From the NCBI GenBank assembly GCA_035635175.1, contig DASQBO010000129.1, positions 1 to 41,788 of the forward strand: a stretch of 41,788 nt of DNA, read 5' to 3'. Shown here one piece after another: positions 26,468 to 35,185 of this stretch (position 1 is the stretch's first letter; each line of letters opens with the position of its first letter). Source of the DNA: Casimicrobiaceae bacterium. GTDB taxonomy: Bacteria > Pseudomonadota > Gammaproteobacteria > Burkholderiales > Casimicrobiaceae. Made by a program: the position numbers and the translations under genes. The notes under the pieces were generated by a model. It ran no database searches. It was not told the DNA's origin and saw only the letters and a program-made list of their open reading frames with translations.

Positions 26468-27243
26468 TCCGCATCGCCGGCGCCGGATGGCCGACGCTCC
26501 TCTACAAGGAGCTCCTCCGCTTCTGGAAGGTCGCGTTCCAGACGATCGCGGCGCCGGTGCTCACCGCGCTCCTCTACCTCCTCATCTTCTCGCACGTGCT
26601 CGAGTCGCGCGTGACGGTGTTCGACGGCCAGGTCCGCTACACGGCGTTCCTCGTGCCCGGCCTCGTCATGATGTCGGTGCTGCAGAACGCGTTCGCGAAT
26701 TCGAGCTCGTCGCTGATCCAGTCGAAGATCACCGGCAACCTGATCTTCCTGCTGCTGCCCCCGCTCTCGCCGCCGGATCTCTTCGCCGCCTACGTGCTCG
26801 GCGCGATGGTGCGCGGGCTCGTCGTCGGGCTCGGCGTGTTCGCGGTCACGCTGCTGTTCGACCCGTCGCTCGCCGCGATGCCGCATCCGCTCTGGGCGCT
26901 CGCGTTCGCGCTCCTCGGCAGCTGCATCCTGGGCACGCTCGGCCTGATCGCCGGGATCTGGGCCGACAAGTTCGATCAGCTGGCGGGCTTCCAGAACTTC
27001 ATCATCGTGCCGCTGACGTTTCTGTCCGGCGTCTTCTATTCGATCCACTCGCTGCCGCCGTTCTGGCAGGGGCTGTCGCGCTGGAATCCGTTCTTCTACA
27101 TGATCGACGGGTTTCGCTACGGCTTCTTCGGAAGATCGGACGTGCCGCCGTCGATCTCCCTCGCGCTCGTCGCCGCGTGCGCCGTCGTGCTGTCGGCGCT
27201 CACGCTCGCGCTCCTGCAGAGCGGCTGGAAGCTCCGCCACTGA
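26464..27243 (+). CDS. ABC-2 type transporter permease (YadH type)
   Basis: GTG at 26464 (GTGA overlap). Six hydrophobic segments; ABC-2 pattern ...FIIVPLTFLSGVFYSIHSLPPFWQGLSRWNPFFYMIDGFRYG. Confidence 0.88.
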   Translation: MIRIAGAGWPTLLYKELLRFWKVAFQTIAAPVLTALLYLLIFSHVLESRVTVFDGQVRYTAFLVPGLVMMSVLQNAFANSSSSLIQSKITGNLIFLLLPPLSPPDLFAAYVLGAMVRGLVVGLGVFAVTLLFDPSLAAMPHPLWALAFALLGSCILGTLGLIAGIWADKFDQLAGFQNFIIVPLTFLSGVFYSIHSLPPFWQGLSRWNPFFYMIDGFRYGFFGRSDVPPSISLALVAACAVVLSALTLALLQSGWKLRH

Positions 27244-27244
27244 C

Positions 27245-27490
27245 ATGCCTACTGCACAGTCGATCGAGCGCGCGATCGCGGATCACCTCCCGTGCGAGCA
27301 CGTCGCGGTGCGCGGCGACGGCCACCACTGGGAGGCGCTCGTCGTGAGCGCGCGCTTCGAGGGGCTGCCGAAGGTTCGGCAGCACCAGCTCGTCTATGCG
27401 GCGCTCGGCGATGCGATGCGCGAGGAGATCCACGCGTTGTCGATGACGACGCTCACGCCGGCGCAATGGGCCGCGGCGAAGGGCGTCTAG
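27245..27490 (+). CDS. ibaG: BolA family protein (IbaG/YrbA-like)
   Basis: 81 aa. [31 protein letters not shown] is the BolA signature. Position just upstream of murA, as for ibaG. Confidence 0.85.
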   Translation: MPTAQSIERAIADHLPCEHVAVRGDGHHWEALVVSARFEGLPKVRQHQLVYAALGDAMREEIHALSMTTLTPAQWAAAKGV

Positions 27491-27497
27491 GGCCGAC

Positions 27498-28760
27498 ATG
27501 GACCGGCTGGTCATCGAAGGCGGCGCGCCGCTGTCCGGCGAAGTGCGGGTGTCGGGCGCGAAGAACGCCGCGCTGCCGCTCCTCTGCGCGTCGCTCCTGA
27601 CGGCGGAGCCGCTCGTGCTCTCGAACGTCCCGCGTCTCAACGACGTGCGCACGATGCAGACCCTGCTCGCGCAGATGGGCGTCCGCCAGGACGCGCGCGA
27701 GGCGGGGAACATCGCGCTCGACGCGTCGTCGATCGACTGGCCGCTCGCCCCCTATGAGCTCGTGAAGACGATGCGGGCGTCGATCCTGGCGCTGGGCCCG
27801 CTCGTCGCCCGCTGCGGCGAGGCGCGGGTCTCGCTGCCGGGCGGCTGCGCGATCGGATTGCGACCCGTCGATCAGCACGTCAAGGGGCTGGAGGCCATGG
27901 GGGCCGAGATCGACCTCGAGCACGGCTACATCAGCGCGCGGGCGAAGCGGCTGCGCGGCGCCCGCTTCGTCTTCGACGTCGTCACCGTCACGGGCACCGA
28001 GAACCTGATGATGGCGGCGACGCTGGCCGAGGGGACGACGACGCTCGAGAATGCCGCGCGCGAGCCCGAGATCGCCGACCTCGCGCGCTGCCTCGCGGCG
28101 ATGGGCGCGCGGATCGCGGGCGCAGGCACCGACCGCATCACGATCGAGGGCGTGCCGCGGCTCGCCGGTGCCAGGCACGCGATCATGCCGGACCGCATCG
28201 AGACCGGCACGTTCCTGGCCGCGGTCGCGGCGGCGGGCGGCGAGGCGACGCTCGCGGGCGCGGAGGCCGGCACGCTCGACGCCGTCGTGACGAAGCTGAC
28301 CGAGGCCGGCGCGCAGATCGAGGCGACGCCGGGCGCGATCCGCATTGCGCGGCACGACCCGCTCGCGGCATTCACGCTGCGCACGGCGCCGTATCCCGCG
28401 TTCCCGACCGACATGCAGGCGCAGATGATGGCGGTTGCCGCGTGCGCCCGCGGCACTTCGACGATCACCGAGACGATCTTCGAGAACCGCATGATGCACG
28501 TGCAGGAGCTGACGCGGCTCGGCGCCGACATCGACGTCGAGGGCAGCACCGCGATCGTCCGCGGCGTGCCGCAGCTCACCGGCGCGACCGTGATGGCGAC
28601 CGACCTCCGCGCCTCCGCGTGCCTGGTCATCGCGGGGCTCGTCGCCGCGGGACCGACGACGATCGACCGCATCTACCACCTCGATCGCGGCTACGAGCGG
28701 ATCGAGGACAAGCTCTCGGCGCTCGGCGCGCGCATCCGGCGCGAACCTGTCGCCTCATGA
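27498..28760 (+). CDS. murA: UDP-N-acetylglucosamine 1-carboxyvinyltransferase MurA
   Basis: 420 aa. [29 protein letters not shown]..., active-site loop [17 protein letters not shown]-terminal [15 protein letters not shown]. Confidence 0.95.
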   Translation: MDRLVIEGGAPLSGEVRVSGAKNAALPLLCASLLTAEPLVLSNVPRLNDVRTMQTLLAQMGVRQDAREAGNIALDASSIDWPLAPYELVKTMRASILALGPLVARCGEARVSLPGGCAIGLRPVDQHVKGLEAMGAEIDLEHGYISARAKRLRGARFVFDVVTVTGTENLMMAATLAEGTTTLENAAREPEIADLARCLAAMGARIAGAGTDRITIEGVPRLAGARHAIMPDRIETGTFLAAVAAAGGEATLAGAEAGTLDAVVTKLTEAGAQIEATPGAIRIARHDPLAAFTLRTAPYPAFPTDMQAQMMAVAACARGTSTITETIFENRMMHVQELTRLGADIDVEGSTAIVRGVPQLTGATVMATDLRASACLVIAGLVAAGPTTIDRIYHLDRGYERIEDKLSALGARIRREPVAS

Positions 28761-29578
28761 CCGACCTCCGGGCCTCGCCGCTCGGCCACGCGGCGGCGTG
28801 GTCCGAGGGGCACGACGCGGGGCTCCTCTTCCCCGTCGAGCGCGCGCCGCTGCGCGCCGAACTCGGCCTCGGGGAGAGCCCGCCGTTCCGCGGCGTCGAC
28901 CTCTGGAATGCCTACGAGCTCAGCTGGCTCGACGCGAGCGGCAAGCCCGACGTCGCGATCGCCGCGTTCGCCGTTCCCGCCGAGTCGCCCCGGATCGTCG
29001 AGTCGAAGTCGGTCAAGCTCTATCTCACGGCGCTCAACCTCGTCCGGTTCGCATCGCGCGACGAGGTCGCCGCGACGATCGCACGCGACCTCGCGGCGGC
29101 CACCGGGGCGCCGGTCGACGTCGGGCTCACGCCCCCCGGTGCGTTCGCGCGGCTCCCGCACGCGGAGCTCGAGGGCGATTGCCTGGACGGCCTCGTGCTC
29201 GATGGCGGCGACGAGGCGCCCGACCCGGGGACTCTCGAGTCCGGCGGCGACATCGTGGCCGAGACGCTGATGAGCCGTCTCTTCCGCTCGGTCTGCCCGG
29301 TGACGGGGCAGCCGGACTACGCGAGCGTCCAGATCCGTTATCGCGGCCGGCGGATCCACCGCGCGCGGCTCCTCCGCTATCTCGTGTCCTACCGCCGGCA
29401 CCCCGGCTTCCACGAGCACTGCGTCGAGCGGATCTTCACCGACGTCTGGCGGCGCTGCGGCCCGGACGCGCTCGCCGTCTATGCCCGGTTCACGCGGCGC
29501 GGCGGCATCGACATCAACCCGTTCCGGACGAGCGGGCCAGAGCCTTCCCCGTCGAACGCGCGTACGGCACGGCAGTAA
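28757..29578 (+). CDS. queF: NADPH-dependent 7-cyano-7-deazaguanine reductase QueF (two-domain type II)
   Basis: ATG at 28757 (ATGA overlap with the murA stop). QueF motif ESKSVKLYL and catalytic-Cys region [14 protein letters not shown]; 273 aa. Confidence 0.88.
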   Translation: MTDLRASPLGHAAAWSEGHDAGLLFPVERAPLRAELGLGESPPFRGVDLWNAYELSWLDASGKPDVAIAAFAVPAESPRIVESKSVKLYLTALNLVRFASRDEVAATIARDLAAATGAPVDVGLTPPGAFARLPHAELEGDCLDGLVLDGGDEAPDPGTLESGGDIVAETLMSRLFRSVCPVTGQPDYASVQIRYRGRRIHRARLLRYLVSYRRHPGFHEHCVERIFTDVWRRCGPDALAVYARFTRRGGIDINPFRTSGPEPSPSNARTARQ

Positions 29579-29752
29579 GGAGCCTGGGCGCGAACGTCGT
29601 TTGGCGGCATATCCGACTGGTTTGCTGGGATTTGTGCCGCGATGCAACATCCCCACGGCGGCAAACCGCGGTTTGGCCGCAATGCCCGTGACGCCGACCC
29701 CGAAACCCGCTATGATGCTGCGGCGCAGCAAAATCGGACAGCGGAGAACTTC

Positions 29753-30568
29753 ATGGAATTTGCGGGCAAGGTCGCAGTGATCACGGGCGCGGCGAGCGGC
29801 ATCGGCCGCGCGGTCGCCGTCGAAATGGCGCGTCGCAACGTGCGCGCGATGGCGCTGGTCGACATGGGCGAAACGGTCGATCAGGTCGCGGCCGACATCA
29901 ACGCCAAGGCCGACCGCAAGATCGCGTGGGCCTACCGCGGCGACGTGACCGACGAGACGTTTCGCGCGTCCGTCTACGACGACATCAGCCGCGAGGTCGA
30001 CACCGTCACGATCTGCGTGCCCGCGGCCGGCATCACGCGCGACGATCTCGCGGTTCGCGTCGACCGCGAGACCGGAAAGGCGCGGATCTATCCGGGCGAG
30101 AAGTTCCGGCAGGTGCTCGAAGTCAACCTGATGGCGCCGGTCTACTGGTCGCTCGAGATGATCGGCCGCATCGCCGAGAATCGGGCCGCGCGGGGCTTGC
30201 GGCGCTGGCAACCCGTCGAGGGGATGCAGGGCGCGATCGTGTTCATTGGTTCCGTGTCGTCGCAGGGCAATCGCGGCCAGATCTCCTACGCGAGCGCGAA
30301 GGCCGGGCTCGAGGGCGCCGCCGCGACGATCATGAAGGAGGCCGTCTTCCATGGCGTGCGCTGCGGCGTGATCCATCCGGGGTTCACGGACACACCGATG
30401 GTGCGCGCGATGGGCGACGACTACATCAGCAAGAACATCCTGCCGTTCACGCAGTTGTCGCGCCTGATTCGCCCCGAGGAGATCGCCGACGCGATCTGCT
30501 TCATGCTCGCGAACTCGGCGGTGAGCGGCGAGCTCTGGGCCGACGCCGGCTGGCACGCCCCGGCCTAG
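29753..30568 (+). CDS. SDR family oxidoreductase
   Basis: Internal ATG with GGAGAA 5 nt upstream. TGAASGIGRA cofactor motif and a YASAKAG (YxxxK) catalytic motif; 271 aa. Confidence 0.85.
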   Translation: MEFAGKVAVITGAASGIGRAVAVEMARRNVRAMALVDMGETVDQVAADINAKADRKIAWAYRGDVTDETFRASVYDDISREVDTVTICVPAAGITRDDLAVRVDRETGKARIYPGEKFRQVLEVNLMAPVYWSLEMIGRIAENRAARGLRRWQPVEGMQGAIVFIGSVSSQGNRGQISYASAKAGLEGAAATIMKEAVFHGVRCGVIHPGFTDTPMVRAMGDDYISKNILPFTQLSRLIRPEEIADAICFMLANSAVSGELWADAGWHAPA

Positions 30569-30571
30569 CCG

Positions 30572-30593
30572 CGCCCGGACCCTCGGCCGGGCG
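30572..30593. terminator. GC hairpin between convergent SDR and orphan ORF (weak bidirectional terminator candidate)
   Basis: cgcccgg (30572-30578) pairs with ccgggcg (30587-30593) around an 8-nt loop. No U-tract. Confidence 0.25.
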
Positions 30594-30599
30594 ATGCAA

Positions 30600-30926
30600 T
30601 CAGGTCGCCGCCGGCGAGGCCGGATAGCGCCCGTCGAAGTACTCGCGCAGCGACTGGAGCTCGTGGTGGACGTCGCCGGGGAAGCCCCGGCGTCCGCCGC
30701 GGCGGTCGACGAGCAAGGAGTCGAGGTAGACGGTCAGCGCCGGCACGTCGTTCCCTGCACGCGCCAGCGCGTTGGCGATGCGCGGATATTCACGCAGCAG
30801 CGCCGCCGGCTGGATCTCGGGCGGCAGCGCGTCGAACCACTTGAGCGTCGCCGGCAGCGCCTGGTTGATCGGCCGCGCGCGCCGCTGCGCGCGCGATTCC
30901 GCGTCCGAGGGTCCGCCGTGCGTCAT
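30600..30926 (-). CDS. hypothetical protein (108 aa, no recognised domain)
   Basis: Almost every codon ends in G/C, as in neighbouring real genes. The composition is protein-like (LKWFDALPPEIQPAALLREYPRIANALA...[31 protein letters not shown]). The overlapping plus-strand ORF 30594..31148 is Arg-rich and antisense-like. Confidence 0.6.
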   Translation of the reverse strand: MTHGGPSDAESRAQRRARPINQALPATLKWFDALPPEIQPAALLREYPRIANALARAGNDVPALTVYLDSLLVDRRGGRRGFPGDVHHELQSLREYFDGRYPASPAAT

Positions 30927-31005
30927 CCGGATTGGGCTCGAGGGGTCCTAAGGCCTTCCCGAAGGCATTATGACAGGCTCCGCGCGCCCCCGGGTCTTTC
31001 CGGGC

Positions 31006-31752
31006 TCACAGGGGCAGGAAGAGCGCGGTGGCTAGCGTCTGCACGACTTTCCGGATCGTCCGGTTCGTGCGCTGCGCGGCGATCTGCGCCATCGCGTCCT
31101 GGTAGGCGATCATCTTGCCGAACTCCCGCTCGAACGAGAGGTTGCTGACGTCGCCCCGGGCCTCGTTCGACAGGAGCAGCGGCTCGCCGTGCGCGTCGCG
31201 CGCGTTGGCCAGCTTCCACGCGGCGATCTCGATGTTGCGGGCGGCGTTGTAGAGCTTCTGCGCGTCGAGGACGTCGGTCAGGTAGAGCTCGGTCTTGCCG
31301 TTGTAGGAGAGGAACACCATGCTCGAGAGGCCGACGCCGAACGCGAACACGCGGTCCCCGGTGTACTCCGGCCTGAGCGCGAGGAGCACCGCATCGGCGC
31401 CGCGGACGTTGCCGAGCTCCGCGAAGCGGAAATCGGCGTGCGGGTCGAACGCGCGCGCGACGGCGGCGTCGAGGCTCGCGTAGCCGCCCTTTCGCCACTC
31501 GCGCGGATTCCTGCGGTAGAGCTTCTCCATCAGGAGCCGCGCGGAAGCGAGGCATTCGCGCAGGTGCACCTCCGCCGCGACGTCGATGTCGGACTTCGCG
31601 AGGTCGCTGGCGCGGAACTCGCGCTCCGAGGGCGGGCTCCGGTGACCGGTGGCGGGCGCCGCCCCCGGAAAGTCGGGCGTCGATGCGCAACCCCCGAGGA
31701 GAATGCAGGCGGCGAGCGTGCACGCCAGCGCCGGCCGCCGGCGCCGCGTCAC
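31006..31752 (-). CDS. putative lipoprotein, unknown function
   Basis: GTG at 31752 overlaps the stop of the upstream cyclase gene (GTGA). N-terminus MTRRRRPALACTLAACILLGGC|AS has a lipobox; the remaining ~225 aa has no recognised domain. The upstream part of ORF 31006..32634 is antisense read-through. Confidence 0.75.
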   Translation of the reverse strand: MTRRRRPALACTLAACILLGGCASTPDFPGAAPATGHRSPPSEREFRASDLAKSDIDVAAEVHLRECLASARLLMEKLYRRNPREWRKGGYASLDAAVARAFDPHADFRFAELGNVRGADAVLLALRPEYTGDRVFAFGVGLSSMVFLSYNGKTELYLTDVLDAQKLYNAARNIEIAAWKLANARDAHGEPLLLSNEARGDVSNLSFEREFGKMIAYQDAMAQIAAQRTNRTIRKVVQTLATALFLPL

Positions 31753-33506
31753 GCCGGCAGGCCGGCCTTCTGCAGCCCCTCGCGCAAGTGCTCGCGGTCG
31801 CTGTCGAGCCGGTAGTGCAGCGTCAGGAGGTGGCGCTGGATCGAGAACTCGGGGGCGTGTTTCAGCACTTCCTGCGCGTGCGCGGACGCCGCGGTGCGGT
31901 CGCCGAGCTGCGCGAGCGACGCGGCCAGGAGCGCGTGCTGAGCGTGATCGGGGCGCGCGACGCGGCTCAGGGCCTCGACGGCCTCCGCGTACTTCCGAGC
32001 GCTGTAATACGCGCGCCCGAGGTGGTTCGAGAACCGATCGGGGTGGTAGGGGTTCACCCGCATCGCCTTCAGGATCCATTCGATCCCGTCGTGCGGGCGG
32101 CCGAGCCACGTGAGGAGCTCGCCGTTCTGGACGAGGATCAGGTCGTTGTTGGGGTTGAGGCTCAGCGCGCGCGCCTCGTGGAACTGCGCCTTCTCGTGGT
32201 CGTCGCAGGCCAGGTTCACCGCGGCGAGAATCCGGTGGACGTCGCTGTCGTTGTCGTCGAGCCCGAGCGCGATCCCGACCTGCTCGATCACCTGCTGCCA
32301 GGTTCGCCTGCGGTCCTCGCACCAGCCGTTGACCCAGGCCTGCGCGAGCACGCAGGCCTTCCAGGCGTGGGCGTGCGCGTACTTGGGGTCGAGCGCGAGC
32401 GCGCGGTCGAGGATCCGCTGAGCCGCCGCGTTGTCCTCGCGCGTCGAGCGATGGTGGAGGATCTTGCCCGTGAGCACGCATTCGTATGCCGCCATGTTCT
32501 CGGTCGGCTTGCGCTTCGCGCGATCCTGGTCGGCGGCCTCGATCCGTCCCGGCAGCGTGCCGACGATCGCGCTCGTGATCTCGTCCTGGATGGCGAAGAT
32601 GTCCTCGATCCTGCGGTCGTAGCGCTCCGCCCACACGTGACGGTCGGTCTCGGCGTCGATGAGCTGCACCGTCACGCGCACGCGGTCGCCGGCCTTGCGC
32701 ACGCTGCCTTCGACGACGTAGTGCACGTTGAACTCGCGAGCGATGTCCTGGACCTTGACCGCCTTGCCCTTGTGCACGAACGCGGAATTGCGCGAGATCA
32801 CGAGGAGGTCGCGGAAGCGGGACAGCTCGGTGATGATGTCCTCGCAGAGACCGTCGACGAAGAACTCCTGCTCGGGATCCCCGCTCATGTTGGCGAAGGG
32901 CAGCACGACGAGCGAGGGCTTGCTCGAGGGTGCGGGCTCAGCCGGGGCCGCGCCCGCCGATCCCTGCGGCGCCCGGCGCTGCAGGAGGACGCGGAACGCG
33001 CGGACCGGCCGCGCGATGTTCTTGAGCGACCGCTCCCCCAGGTCCTCGAACCCGACGGAGCAGCGCTCGCCCACCTGGTCGCGGACGACCGCCGAGACGC
33101 AGATGCCGCCCGGTTCCGAGAGCTCCTGCAGGCGGGCGGCCACGTTCACCCCGTCGCCGAAGATGTCGTCGTCGTCGACGATCACGTCGCCCAGGTTGAT
33201 GCCGATCCGGAACTGGATCCAGCGCGCGGGCGAGACGTCCGCGTTCCGACGCGTCATCCGCCGCTGGACCTCGACGGCGCACTGCACCGCGTCGACGACG
33301 CTCTGGAACTCGACGAGCAACCCGTCGCCCATCGTCTTGATGATGCGGCCGTTGTTCTTGGCGATCACCGGGTCAACGAGCTCGAGCCGGTGCGTCTTGA
33401 GCCGCGCGAGCGTTCCCGACTCGTCGGTCTCCATGAGCCGGCTGTAGCCGACCATGTCGGCCGCGAGGATTGCCGCGAGCCTGCGCGCGCCGCCGTTCGC
33501 CTCCAT
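31749..33506 (-). CDS. class III adenylate/guanylate cyclase fused to a TolB-N-like linker and TPR repeats
   Basis: Start at MEANGGARRLAAILAADMVGYSRL (ATG 33506). Cyclase catalytic motifs: metal Asp in AADMVGYS and MGDGLLVEF, Lys in IKTMGDG, FGDGVNVAARL. Then SLVVLPFANMSGDPEQEFFVDGLCEDIITELS (TolB-N-like) and a TPR-like C-terminal ~270 aa. Confidence 0.88.
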   Translation of the reverse strand: MEANGGARRLAAILAADMVGYSRLMETDESGTLARLKTHRLELVDPVIAKNNGRIIKTMGDGLLVEFQSVVDAVQCAVEVQRRMTRRNADVSPARWIQFRIGINLGDVIVDDDDIFGDGVNVAARLQELSEPGGICVSAVVRDQVGERCSVGFEDLGERSLKNIARPVRAFRVLLQRRAPQGSAGAAPAEPAPSSKPSLVVLPFANMSGDPEQEFFVDGLCEDIITELSRFRDLLVISRNSAFVHKGKAVKVQDIAREFNVHYVVEGSVRKAGDRVRVTVQLIDAETDRHVWAERYDRRIEDIFAIQDEITSAIVGTLPGRIEAADQDRAKRKPTENMAAYECVLTGKILHHRSTREDNAAAQRILDRALALDPKYAHAHAWKACVLAQAWVNGWCEDRRRTWQQVIEQVGIALGLDDNDSDVHRILAAVNLACDDHEKAQFHEARALSLNPNNDLILVQNGELLTWLGRPHDGIEWILKAMRVNPYHPDRFSNHLGRAYYSARKYAEAVEALSRVARPDHAQHALLAASLAQLGDRTAASAHAQEVLKHAPEFSIQRHLLTLHYRLDSDREHLREGLQKAGLPA

Positions 33507-33508
33507 TA

Positions 33509-33794
33509 GGGAGCCTCTGCACAGGTCTTCGCGATGGCGACGGTGGCGTTTCGGGATGGGGTGCGCGAAGCGAGTCGAAGCGAATGGTCGACTCCCTTCG
33601 CGAGGCTCGCGACAAAGCAGACCGCCCGAAACGCTCCGTCCCTCCGGGCTGCTGCCCAATGCGGCGTCTGCGGCCTCAGTTGGCAAATGAGGCTCCTCGG
33701 CATCGTAGGCTCGGCTACGACCTTCGTCGCGCGTCTTGCATCCATCCGCATTGGGCCGCGCAGCGCCATCGTGAATACCTGTGCAGAGGCTCCC
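33509..33794. mobile_element. MITE-like non-coding element B (286 bp) with perfect 18-bp terminal inverted repeats
   Basis: gggagcctctgcacaggt (33509-33526) is exactly reverse-complementary to acctgtgcagaggctccc (33777-33794). Internal stems at 33546-33555/33625-33634 and 33673-33678/33688-33693. It shares blocks with element A at 7486-7755. No protein-like ORF. Confidence 0.6.
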
Positions 33795-33940
33795 AAGTGC
33801 CGTCCTCGCCCGAGGGAGAGCGCCCAGTGTAGCAAGAACGCGTCGCGCGACAGAGCGCGATCGAGCCCTCGCGGCGCGGGCCGGGTTGCATCGGGGCCGC
33901 GTTCGTGCACACTTGGACCCCCGATTCCAGGAGAGGCGCG

Positions 33941-34459
33941 ATGACCGTGACGGGCGAAGCGCTGCGCGATCTGCAGGCGCCGGTGAAGGAGCGGTACAAG
34001 ACGGAGCCCGGCGCGGCGATGGTCACGCTCCGCGCGCGCGGCAGGCTCGGCGAGGGCGTCACCTGCTCGGTCGAGACGGGCCGGGCGCTGGTCGCGGCCG
34101 GGCTCCACCCAGCGACGGGCGGCGACGGCCGGAGCGCGTGCTCGGGCGACATGCTGCTCGAGGCGCTCGTCGCGTGCGCGGGCGTCACGCTCAACGCCGT
34201 CGCGTCGGCGATGGGCATCGCGCTCCGCGACGCGACGATCCACGCCGAAGGCGATCTCGATTTCCGCGGCACGCTCGGCGTCGACAAGGCGGCGCCCGTC
34301 GGCCTGCAGCGCATCCGGCTCCGCTTCGAGCTCGACACCGACGCTCCCGGCGAGCAGATCGCGACGCTCCTGCGTTTGACCGAACGCTACTGCGTCGTCT
34401 ACCAGACGCTGCGGCAGCCGCCGGAACTCAGCCTTTCGCACCGCGTCGCCGGACGCTGA
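33941..34459 (+). CDS. OsmC/Ohr family peroxiredoxin-like protein
   Basis: ATG at 33941 with GGAGAGG upstream. OsmC pattern with two Cys (ACSGDMLLEALVACAGVTL) and C-terminal TERYCVVYQTL; 172 aa. Confidence 0.82.
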   Translation: MTVTGEALRDLQAPVKERYKTEPGAAMVTLRARGRLGEGVTCSVETGRALVAAGLHPATGGDGRSACSGDMLLEALVACAGVTLNAVASAMGIALRDATIHAEGDLDFRGTLGVDKAAPVGLQRIRLRFELDTDAPGEQIATLLRLTERYCVVYQTLRQPPELSLSHRVAGR

Positions 34460-34498
34460 GCCGAGGCGCCGGCCGGGCTCTCCGGGGCGTCCGGTAGA

Positions 34499-35185
34499 AT
34501 GGAGCGTTCCCCGCCGCATCGCTCCCCCTTGGTTGCGCTGACCCTCGCCCTGTCGAAAGGGCGGATCTACGACGAGACGCTGCCGCTGCTCGCGGCGGCC
34601 GGCATCGTGCCGTCCGAGGATCCGGAAACCTCGCGCAAGCTCATCCTGTCGACGAACCGCCCCGGCGTGTCGGTCGTGATCGTCCGTGCGTCGGACGTGC
34701 CGACCTACGTCCAGCACGGCGCCGCCGACGCCGGCGTGGCCGGCCGGGACGTGCTGCTCGAGCACGGCGGCGAGGGCCTCTACCAGCCGGTCGACCTGGA
34801 GATCGCCCGCTGCCGGATGGTCGTCGCGACGAAGCGCGGCTTCGACTGGGCGGCGGCGGTGCAACGCGGCGCGCGCATCCGCGTGGCCACGAAGTACGTG
34901 CAGACCGCGCGCGAGCATTTCGCCGCGAAGGGGATGCACGTCGACCTGATCAAGCTGTACGGCTCCATGGAGCTCGCGCCGCTCGTCGGCCTCGCGGACG
35001 TCATCGTGGACCTCGTGTCGAGCGGCAACACGCTCAAGGCCAACGATCTGGTCGCCGTCGAGGAGATCATGCCGATCAGCTCGCGCCTCGTCGTCAACCC
35101 GGCGTCGCTCAAGCTCAAGCGGGACGTCGTGCAACCGCTGCTCGACGCGATGTCGGCGGCCGTCGCGGGACGGCGGAACGCATGA
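34499..35185 (+). CDS. hisG: ATP phosphoribosyltransferase, short form HisG
   Basis: [23 protein letters not shown]... and [14 protein letters not shown] motifs. The true start may be the TTG at 34529. Confidence 0.92.
   Translation: MERSPPHRSPLVALTLALSKGRIYDETLPLLAAAGIVPSEDPETSRKLILSTNRPGVSVVIVRASDVPTYVQHGAADAGVAGRDVLLEHGGEGLYQPVDLEIARCRMVVATKRGFDWAAAVQRGARIRVATKYVQTAREHFAAKGMHVDLIKLYGSMELAPLVGLADVIVDLVSSGNTLKANDLVAVEEIMPISSRLVVNPASLKLKRDVVQPLLDAMSAAVAGRRNA

Noticed and set aside
28700-28760. preQ1 riboswitch expected upstream of queF.
   Set aside because: The queF ATG overlaps the murA stop (ATGA), so there is no intergenic room for a riboswitch. queF appears translationally coupled to murA instead.
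34493-34529. TAGAAT hexamer overlapping the annotated hisG ATG, as a possible his promoter or attenuator.
   Set aside because: There is no -35 and no leader peptide or terminator-antiterminator structure in the 39-nt osmC-hisG gap. It only raises the possibility that hisG starts at the TTG at 34529, which cannot be resolved from sequence alone.
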